NCBI GenBank assembly: GCA_043813365.1
Contig: JBDRLB010000046.1
Coordinates: forward strand, 1 to 39,283
DNA: 39,283 nt
From: Candidatus Micrarchaeota archaeon
GTDB lineage: Archaea; Micrarchaeota; Micrarchaeia; Norongarragalinales; SBBD01
Direction: 5' to 3'
Shown piece by piece: positions 1-10,500 of this stretch. The notes below the pieces were generated by a model. It was not told the origin of the DNA. It made no database searches and saw only the letters and a list, made by a program, of their open reading frames with translations. How positions within the stretch are numbered: the stretch's first letter is position 1; each line of letters starts with the position of its first letter. Position numbers and translations under genes: made by a program.

Positions 1-3000
1 AGCGGCGATTGCATCTGCACAATTACATTCCCGCTTGCTTGGGAGCCTTCGAATTCACAATCGGTCGTTACATTGAGCCTTATTGGCACGAGATTGGAAG
101 TGTTGTATTCGCTTCCATTTGCAGGAATGAGCAGCTCGTTCTTCAGCTGCCCGGTGACATTGACGGTGAAATTGGACGTCAGGGAACTGGTGTAATATGC
201 ATCGTTCTGGACGCCACCCTTCCACTTCTGGGGCATCGCCGCATAGGTGCAATCCGGATCGAAGTAATGGGCCAGATGCCCGGATGTGTTCGTAGTGACG
301 TTAATGGAAGGCGCATAATTCTCCCCATCCACAGTGATAAAGAAGGTGCCGTTGACTCCGTCATCCACGTAAAGCGAGCGCGTCTGGTCGTAAACCCGCA
401 GGACGAGCGGTATCGAATCGCTTCCCTCGCGGTCAACGAGGATGTTGGGGTCGGTTTCGATGTCGATGCTAACCGCATCCCTGTTGATTGTGAAAGCAAT
501 CGGGCTGGTGCTTGCATTGTACCCGTAAACGTCAGTTGCATTGAAGAAATATTCGCTGCCCCCCACATCAGTATTGTTGAACTCCTGGACGAACAGCAGC
601 TCCTGCGCATTGCATGGCCCGCAGGTTTGCTCCTGCAAGTAAGTCCAGTTGCCGCCCGATTTCCTCTTGAATAAGTAAACCGTGACGTTGTTGTCATCAA
701 GATCCGTCGTAGTGACGGTGAAATTGAATTGTGCGCCCCATCCCTCCGCGCCGGGGGTGACCGACGGGGAGCTTAGCTGCGGCCTGCTTGCAATGTAGAA
801 GCTGAGGTTTTGCATCGTCGAATAATTGGAATAGTAGCTCCTGCTGACATTGATGGTCACATTATACCACCCATATGCCCAGGTCGTTGTGGTGGTATTG
901 GCGATCGTGCAATTGTAGTAACCCTGCTGCTCATCGGTGCCCGTGCAGCTCACGCCATCAAGCGGCGACATCACTACTGTTGCTCCGGAAACCCTTCCGC
1001 ATCCTCCCGAATCGGTCACGTTTGCCCGGAGGTTTATGTTGTCAACTCCCTTGATGTAAGTGACATTCAACGGGGCCGAAAGCGTCGCATAAAATTCGGA
1101 TGTGATGGTCACGTTGAATTGCGTGGAGTTGGAAGGCTTGTACAATCCGGACTCGTTCAACAGGCCGGCTTTCCATTGCTGTATCCCAACGCCCGTATCG
1201 CAGCCCGGGTTGAAATTATAGTTGATGTAGCCGCTGCCGTTCGTATATACCTGCGCGCCCGTCCCGAATACGGAATTGTTCGTCCACCAGACATGCGCCT
1301 CCTCGCTTGCAACCTTGTTGGAAGGCTTGTCCGTATCCTCCACTTTTGTGATGAAGGTGGTGTAATTGGTGCCCAGCCTGCTTACGGTGCTGTAGTTGCC
1401 CGCATAATAGTCAACTCTCGTGTCATCGCGCTCTATTGAGAAATTATACTCGGAAGAGGTCGCATTCCAAACATCATCCTCGGTAGAATTGAACATTAAC
1501 GCCCAGTCTCCCAGGTCGGCTGAGGAAAATGTTTTCGTGAAATTGACGGATTGGTTTACTCCCTGTTTCGTGACCTGCTGCACGAAAGTATATTCCCCGA
1601 GCGATGGGGATAGTTGCCGGATGAATGCGTAAACCGTTATTGTGTCATTGTCCTCATCAGTGATGTTTGCCAGCAGCGTGAACGTCTCCCCCCAGCCGCC
1701 CACCTGCGGGATTGCAACCACCCCGTTGAATTCGGGCACGGTCTCCACCCATAGCCCCTGCAGATTCGGAACGTACTCGGCGTTCGAGGGTTCGATGTTG
1801 TGGTAGGGCTTCGAGGAATTCATCGTGATATTGTATGCGCCCGCCTTGTAGGAGGAGGTGTTGAGGTAGCAGGTGTAGTTTCCTGGCGAGGAGTTGGTTA
1901 CCCCGGAACAGAGATAAACCGTTAGCGAGTTGTTGTGCCTGATGGAAATGTTGACATTTGCATCTGCAACCGGGGCATTGCAATCATCAATCACGGTTGC
2001 ATTGATGGTGACATTGGCGCCTCTGAGCACCTCGGGGCCATAGGGGTAGGTGAAATTGTTGGTAAGCCCTCCCAATATGGTCGCGGTATAGTTAATAGTG
2101 TTGATGTCATAATAGCAGCTGTCGGAAATTCCGGCCATCCAATTCTGCGGCCCGGGCGAATAGCTGCATGAGGGATTGAAAAGCACTTCCAAATGCCCTG
2201 AAGAGTTGGTGGAGGTAGCATTTCCGTCATCAAAGTTCACGCCATCTGTTGTGATCCAAGTGATTCCGGATGCTGTTGGTGCATACCTCCCCCAGTCATC
2301 GTCATATGCTGAAATAATCAATGCAGTGCTATTGCCGCCGCTCCGGTTCACATAGGAGCCGTCCCCTGCAACCAGTGCAAGCGTAAGTGCATCCCGGGTT
2401 ACGTTGAAAAGCGGCCCAATTGAAGTATTGAAGGTGTTTGCAGGCTCGCCGTTGATTATTTGGAACATGAATTGCGATTCGTTGCTTATGTCGCCGCACT
2501 CAAAATGATCAACCGTGACGCTGCAGTTGCCCTGCCCCAAGGGAACGGCGCCATACCCGCGGTAAACCCATTCCCCGGTCGTATTCGTGAAGAGTTGGCA
2601 GGTGATGCTCTCGTCCTCGGGGTCATCTATGGTGACATTGAACTGGAAGCTGCTTCCCCAGCCGGCCTCTATTGTGCTTACGTTGAGATCCGATGCATTT
2701 GTTAGGAGGTTCTTGAGGTAAAACCAGTTCTGGTAGAGGGTTGAATTGGAATTGTAATACTCCGCAGTTGCGTTTATTGTGACGGAATAATTGCCCTGCA
2801 TGCTTTCCGAAGAGGGCCAAGTGCAGTTGTAGTAGCCGATGGTTTCGTTCTCAATCGGAGAGCAGTAGGTTAAGTCGCTCGTATCTTCATTTGTCAGGGT
2901 GATGTTTGTAACTGAGCCATTCAGGAACCCTTCCTCATCGATGCATTCGGAAGTGACGTTGAACCTCAACAGGATGTTGTTCGTAACATTGTATTCGTCC

Positions 3001-6000
3001 CAGCGGTTTGGAAGCTCAAGTCCCACTTGCGCCTGCCCGGTGACGTCGAACCCCGCTTCAGAGGAATTGGTGGTCTTGTAGCAAACGTCATTGAACACTC
3101 CCGCCCTCCAGTAATGCGATTCCGCCTTGTAGGTGCAGGAAGGGTTGAATAGCGCATTGATGTACCCAGAAGTGTTTGTCTGCGTGTGATTCCCCCCGTC
3201 ATAGCTGCCTCCGGATGTCGTCACCCAGATGGTGCCGTTTGCGCCCGAACTCACGAATACATTGCGGTCCAGATCGAAAATCCTGGAGGAGAGTGCGATT
3301 GCGGAATCCCCAACCCTGTAAACGGAAGTGCCATAAGTGTCCAATGAGAGGTTGATGTCGTCCTTCTGCAAGCTGAAAGTCGTTGTGGCGGTTTCGTTGC
3401 CGAAAGTATAGCATAAGTTTACAGTAGCATTGAACTTGTATTCCCAAGTGGCATTAGAAACGAGGTTGGAGCATGTGAAATATACGTCCGTGAACGTGAG
3501 GTTCCTTGCTTCCGAGCACGAGTCGCACATTTGCGATGCCCGGAGTATCCAGGCGGACGAGCCGCCCGCCCGCGCCCAGAGAGAAACGTTCACATCGCCT
3601 CCGGCAAGGTCAAGAACCGTAACATTGAAAGTGCGGTTTACCCCCCATCCTTCCGCTGGAATGTCGATGATCGGGTCATAAACCATTGGCACGGAGGAGA
3701 GCCTCAGTGCATGGATTGTCGTGTTGGAGCCGTTGTAGTAATCCGTTTTGGAGGAGTTCAGCGTCACGTTGTAGAGCCCGTAATTCCTCCCAATCGAATT
3801 CCAGACGCAGCTGTAATTGCCCTGATACACGTTGGTGGTTGAGCCGCAAGATGAGCCTGCTCCTGTTCCGACGGTGAACGCCACGACTGCCAAGGCAACT
3901 CCGGAACATTCATCCGCAACGGTTCCGTTGATTATTATCTGCTCCCCCGGAACATAGCAAGTGCCGTTAAGCGGCCGGGTGATGTTGTTGTTCAGCTGGT
4001 TTGTAATTACGGTGACATTGTAGACTGAGGAATTTGCCGTAAGGTAGCAATTTGTCTGCGGCACGCCGAATTTCCATTTCTGCAATCCAACTGCCGTAGT
4101 GCAGGTGGGGTCGAACCTGCGCGATGCAAGCCCGTTGATGGTGTTGTTTGTGCCATCAACCTGGTAGGTTGTGCCGTCCTTCGTCACGAAAAGGGTGGCA
4201 GTGACTCCGCTGGCAAGGTATTGCGTGGGATCGACCGAATCCACGAATCTCGTTGCGAGGAAAGTGGTGTTGGTTATGCGGTGCACAGAGCTTTCATTTC
4301 CCTGCTGATAAATGTCGATCAGATCCCTTCTAGTCAAATCGAAATTGCCAGTTGTTGTTTGCACGGTTTCCCCTGTCGAGTCCGTAGCATTGAATTTGAA
4401 CGTCCATGTGCCGAAATCGGTGCATGCACTGTGGGTGTCATCGGTGAAGGTCATGTTCTGGCCGGAGCAGTTGGTGCATATCTGCGTTTGGATCAGCACA
4501 TATTCGTCCCCCGAAGCGTTCTTTTCCCAAAGGTTGACGCTAACGACGTCGTCCTTGTCCGAAACAGTCACGTTGAAAAGGATTGTGCCTCCCCAGTAAA
4601 CAGAGCTCGTGTTTGCGAGCGGATTCGCGAGGGTCGGCGCCGTCTGCATGTGGAATGCATCATGTAGGACGGCGGTTTTGTTGCCATAGTAGAGCTTCGA
4701 GCCGTTCATTGTAACGAAATAATTGCCCCCGCTTAATGAGGTCGTGTTGAGTGAGCAGTTGTAAAATCCATCGCCTTCATCGTAAACTATCGGGCACAGC
4801 ACTGGCGCTGCGCCATCCTGAACGAGGAAGTTCACAGTTGCTCCTGAAACGAGGTTGCCGCAATCGTCAGTTAGATTGCCGCGGATCGTTACATTCTGCC
4901 CCGGAGTGACGTTTATCCCGTATGGCACGGAAATGTTGACGTTGAGCGCGCCGATGATGTTTATCGCATAATTGATTGTGCTGTTGGAATCGAAGAAGCA
5001 ACCATCCGAAGCGATCCCGCCCCTCCAAAGCTGGGTGCCTGCGCCATAGCTGCAGCTTGGCTTGAATGCGATGCTGAAATTCCCAGAGGAGTTTGTCCAG
5101 GAATAATTGCCATTGCCGAAGGACGCGCCATTCGTAGTGACCCAGATTGCGGCGCTTCCGTTGTAGGCCATGCTGCGGTTATCGGTGTCATAAGCGTAAA
5201 GGGAAAGCACGGTGCTTCCGTTGTTCCTTGTGACATTGGTGTTGTTGCCTGAAACGTAGTAAATCGAGACATTGTCCCTCTGGATGGTCCAGTTGCCCAC
5301 TTCCGAGCTCCCATTGGCATAAAGCTCATCGGTGCCGTTGAAGATGAAGAATTTCATTCCAATGTCGGAGCATGTGAAAGTGTGGTCAATAGTGAAATTA
5401 ATGATGTTCCCGAGGCAATTGGGGCATACGGTCTCGTTGATGTATGAAAACGGGCCGCTGCTTGCATTCCCGTTGGAAAGCGTCACGAGCACATTCTGGT
5501 TTTCGGCATCCCTTACGTATGCGGAAAAGTTGAGCTGCTCCCCCCATCCTGCAGGGTCGGGATATGCAGTGATGTTGAGAAGTATCGGCTCGGTATTAAT
5601 CGGTGAAAGCAGCCGGAATACGTTTGCTGCTGTTGTCGCATTCCCATTGTAGAATTCCTTGGTCGCATTTGCCCTGACATTGAAATACCCGGGTGCTAGG
5701 TCGCTGGTGTTCAGCGTGCACGAATAAGTCCCGTTGCTGTAATTGACGAGGTTTGCGCCTCCGCAATATGTGGTGTTGTAAAAGCCTATTGCCGTGAACC
5801 CGGCAGTGGCGTTCGCAACTATGTTGTTGCATTCGTCAGTGGTTGTAAGCGTGAATGTAACATTCTCCCCTATGACAACGTCGTTGCCTGTTCCGTTGCT
5901 CGTCGATATTGCAAACTGGAAGTCGCCGTAAACCTGCAGGACGTATTCTTTCGAAAGGTAATCCTTGTAGCACGTGTTGGAGGTCGTGAACGCGAACCAC

Positions 6001-7560
6001 TTCTGTATTCCAGCTGAGTTGTTGCATGTCGCATTGAAATAGAAATCGGCCGTGCCGCTTGCATTTGTCGTGTTCGACCCTTCGCTTTGGTTGGCAATGC
6101 CGTTTGTAGTGACATTGAAGTAAACTGTCGAATAGGGGTCGCCGGCCATCAGGTTGCGGTCCGTGTCTGTCACGTTTATAACGAGGCGCACATGCTGCTC
6201 TCCCGACCTGTTTGCAATAGTATTGTTGCCGCTAACGTGCGTGACAACTACGTCATCCTTCTCCACAACGGTCGAGTTTACTGCAGTTTCCGAATTGATC
6301 TGCTCGGTTGTGTTTGCAAGGTATTTGTAGAACCATGTTCCAACGTCGGAAGTGCCCGGCGGGTTCTCGCAGCTGAATGTCCTCGTCCAGTTGATCGTGT
6401 AATTCGCGCAATTTACGCCGACGCAGCTCTGTGCCGGGAGGGTTTCCAAGGTGAGCTGCACGGGATCGCTGACTGTTCCAAAATAAAGATGGCCGGTTAC
6501 GGGAACGTTGTAAACCGGTGCGGTCATGTTGACGGAATAATTGAATTGCCTGCCCCAGCCTTCGCTTAATGGTGCGGAGTGCCAGTCCGTAAGCTTTGCC
6601 TTTGCGAACAGGTAATAAAGGTACCACGGATCGGACCCTACTTTGGTGAAGAATGCGGGGTAGTATTTGCTGGCGGTCGCGTTCATGGTCACGTTATAGT
6701 ACCCGCCGAATTTGTTCGTTGTCTGCAGCGTGCATTCATAGAAACCGCCGCCCAGGCTTGTGCCTGCGCACGAGTAATGCGTGGTGTTGTCCGTGTGATT
6801 AAAGGTAACCTGGATAGTCGGATCCTCTAGGGGGGAGATGTAATTGCCGCAATCGTCCCGCACGTTCCCCTGATCAAGTATGGGCGCTGGCTCCGTGAAA
6901 TTCGTATCGCCTTTCGGGTTCGTGACGTTATTGTTCAGGAAGCCCTTCACCTGAAGGGCGTAAATGTCGGAGGAAATGTCATTGTAACAGCCGCTGCCAG
7001 CAAGGGTAGCCTTCCATTTCTGGTCGGGCCGCGATTGGTACTCTGTTGGGGAGCAGGTTGCATTGAAATAAAGGTTCGCATATCCGGAAGAATTCGTAGG
7101 GGTGAGGTTTGCCGGCCCGTAGGTGCTTCCATCCGTAGTGACGGAGAAATTAATCCCGAGGTCTCCGATGTAGGTGCCATTAGTATCGTTCACACGCATG
7201 CCGAGAAGCGCCAAATTCGACCCGCTCCTGTTGGAGAGCGAATTGTTCCCGAAAACCAGGTTGAATTGCAGCGTGTCCTTGCTTACTGTAAACACGGTCT
7301 GCAGGTTTACGGGCGTGGTATTGACGTTCCCATCGGTATCGTATGCGGTGAAATTATAGTAGGAGGAGCCGACTTCGTCGCAGGAGAATGATTGTGTGAA
7401 ATTTACAAGTGCCCATTGCCCCTGCGAAACAACATAAGTAGAGTTCAATACGGTCCAGTTGCTCGAGCCATCCAGGGAAGACGTAAGGTTGACGGTAAGG
7501 TTGTGGAAGTTCGAATAAACCATTACAGAAAAGTATTTCTTGAACCCAAAGCCGGAAGTG
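1..7560 (-). repeat. At least 8 degenerate tandem protein repeats of 316-337 aa within the giant ORF
   Basis: In-frame G[WF]G/YWG anchor motif, followed by an F-x-F-x-V-like strand, at 735, 1689, 2655, 3642, 4590, 5541, 6552 and 7545 (spacings 954, 966, 987, 948, 951, 1011, 993 bp). D[DE]C, W-x-T-x-[DN]G and F-x-P-x-C-x-Y-x-x-G-x-Q-x-W motifs recur in most units. Confidence 0.85.
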
Positions 7561-10500
7561 CCCGGAGTTACCGAATAGTTCTCGAATAGTGGGGTGTCAG
7601 TGCAAATCAGGTTGACGGAGTAGTTCTGGCCGTAATAGTTCGCGGTGCCGGATCCGTTCACTGCAGTGCCCTCGAAAATCTGCTGGTAATAGATGCCAAG
7701 GGGCGTCGTGAACGAGTAATTGTAGAAGGAGACGTTTGCAATGCCGGATTTGTTGAATGCGGTTGTGTTCCCCCATGTGATGAAATTTGTGCCAGTTTGC
7801 TTAGGAGTAGGGGTATAATTTGCCGTTGTGATGCTGGAAGGATGCAATTCAGTGACATTGAACGACCAAAGGTTCTGGTTGCCCTTGTTTAGCACTTTGA
7901 GGCTAGTGTTCAATGTCGTGCAACCAAGGCTGGTTGGGAACCCTTCCACCCAATCGCTTGCATCCGTATCGTAATAGCTGCGCACCATTTTCACATACGG
8001 GCCCTGCACTTGAGCTGCAAAATGGATGTCATCGTCCCTATATTGCAACGGAAGGGCGGAGTCAACATTTCCCCTTACGGATTGCCATATGTGCTTCCCT
8101 CCGGGAATGTAATCCGGAGAATCTGAAAGGTTGACATAAAAATCATACGTAAAAGTGCCGCCTCCTTCTGCAAGTTCACCAAAGCTCGCAAATTTTACGG
8201 TCCAGCCCTCTTCAACCGAGCCTATTGGGTAACCGGGAAGGGGGACTGCATTGGTGAAACTGAACGGCCTCTGGAAGCCCGGAGGCAAATATAGGTGGGG
8301 CAAAAGCATGCGTATGTTCGTGACACCTCCATTGCCCCCCCAGTTCCGCGTGTAGATGTAAATGTGGTTTGTTGCATTGCGCCTCAATGTGATATTGCCG
8401 GAGTAAACAGAGCCATCAGTTGATATGACCGTTGCAGGGGAGGGGTTGTCCCCGCTGTATTGCGTCAGCGTCCTGAACTCCTCCACTGCCTGTTGGTCGT
8501 TGTCCCATATTACCGTTTGTATGAAATTGAAGGAGCCGGGATTCTCATCCGCCCAGTAATACATCAATTGCCCGCTGTAGCATTCCGAAGGGCCAAGGAT
8601 GATATTATACCATTCGATAAGCCCTTCTGACACAAGGTCCGCTGCAGGGTAGGTGTTTGGGAGGTTGCTTGCCCTGCATGCATAAGAACCGGGGCACTCT
8701 TCGCGCAAAGTTGCATTGATGATTTGGTCCCCGTAGTTGCAAAAAGTGATAGTCTGATTCAGCCTTTCGTTCGCATCGGCATCAACCGTATCCGAAGTGT
8801 AATCGGTCATGGAAGTGTAAATTACAACGGGAGCGGGCTGGAGGGTAAAGGTATGCTCGAATTCCCTGCTGCCAGTAGCCCACGTAACGTTTATCTTTGC
8901 CTTGTACGTCAAGGCAACATCCGCGCTGTCGGGAATTTCAAGCCTGAATCGCACTACTTTCTCGGAAAAGCTGGGGTTGGTTCCGTTCGCGGATGCGGAA
9001 AAATTGACCATTTTGGAATTGCCGTCCCTGAACCACCAGTTCTGGAGGGTTGTTCCTTGGTAAATGTTTACGGTCACATTCGTGTTGTTGATTGAATTGA
9101 CCTTGTAATTGAACAAGGGGACGGTGATCGTATTTGTAGAGCCTGCGATTAGCACGTCCTTCGTCCCATCTGGTCCTTTTACGGCTATGTCCCTGTTCGC
9201 CAGCCCGATGTCCGTGCAGTTCTGGATGTTGATCGCTTTCCTGTTGCTTAAATACAGTACTACTCCGTTGCGCTGGATCATGTACGCCCGCAGGTTGTAG
9301 GAGCCAACAGCGTTTGGCGTGTGGAAATAATACAGTGTGTTCTGGGAACCATACCGCGGGTCGGCACATTGTGCAGCAGCATTACCATCGCAGTCGCAAA
9401 GATACATTGTGTGTGGGTTCGAATCGCCGTTGAAGAAGGTGAAGCCGTTCGAGGGGAGGTTGACGAAGGTGATTCCCGGCGACGATTGCAAATAAGTTGG
9501 TTCGCTCGTGTCTGCAGAGGAGTGGAGATTTATGATGGTCAGGTTTAAAGTGTAATTCTGGTTGGCGCAAAGGGTAAGCGGATCCCAAGGGTAAGGGCTG
9601 GATCCGACTGTTGCGGTCATATTGTGGTAGAAACTGAAATCGAGAATGAAGCCCCAGTCATCAACTGCAACGCTCCATGAACGGCCTTCGGTGAAATTCC
9701 CATCCGAATGGAAAATTTTTGCGGGCCCGAAGAGGTATTCACGGGGGTATACTTCAGGGGGAAGGAAAGTATATTCAAGAAGGCGTGTTTCCCCGGCAGC
9801 CATGTTTCCCAGTTCCCATGTGATGATTTTCGTGTCGTTGGTTTCAGTGTAATTGAGTGAGGAGGGATATAACGTAAGGTTGGACGAGACCGGCTCGAGG
9901 AATATAGCATCCGTGACCGCACGCTTTGCAATAACCATTATATGCATTTTTTCAGCATCGGGGTACATTACAGTGGGGGCAGTTCGGATGATGTCGAAAT
10001 CATAATTGCTGAGAACTGAAAAGCCCGTGGAGGAATCTGCATCCACATCAAAACGGATTGCGAATGCATGAACCGAGTACGTGCCTACTTCGTTCACAGG
10101 GTAAATGAGGCTGTAGGAGCCGTCTGAATTGTCTATTATGTCGCCAGCCATTGTTGAGAATGTGCGGATGCTCCCGGAAGGCGAAGTGATGATTGCAGTA
10201 ACATTCGCCGAATCGATGCGGTAGCCTTCGTTCGCAAGCACCCCAATGGTGATGTTTGCCGTTTCTCCGGGAGAATAGATGCCCTTATCGGAATTGATGT
10301 TAACAAGGCCGAGGGCGAAGCCATCCTCCTCGCCTTCGTCCGCGATGTCCTCGATGACTTCTTCCCGGACAATCCTTGTCCTGGGAGCGGAAGCAGGAGG
10401 AACGTCGCCGCCCGCACTGCTTTCTGAACCGGAGGATTCGGAAGCTGCTTTCCCATTCGCAGTCATGCCGGGATCTTCGGTTTCATCGATTGGGACTTCG

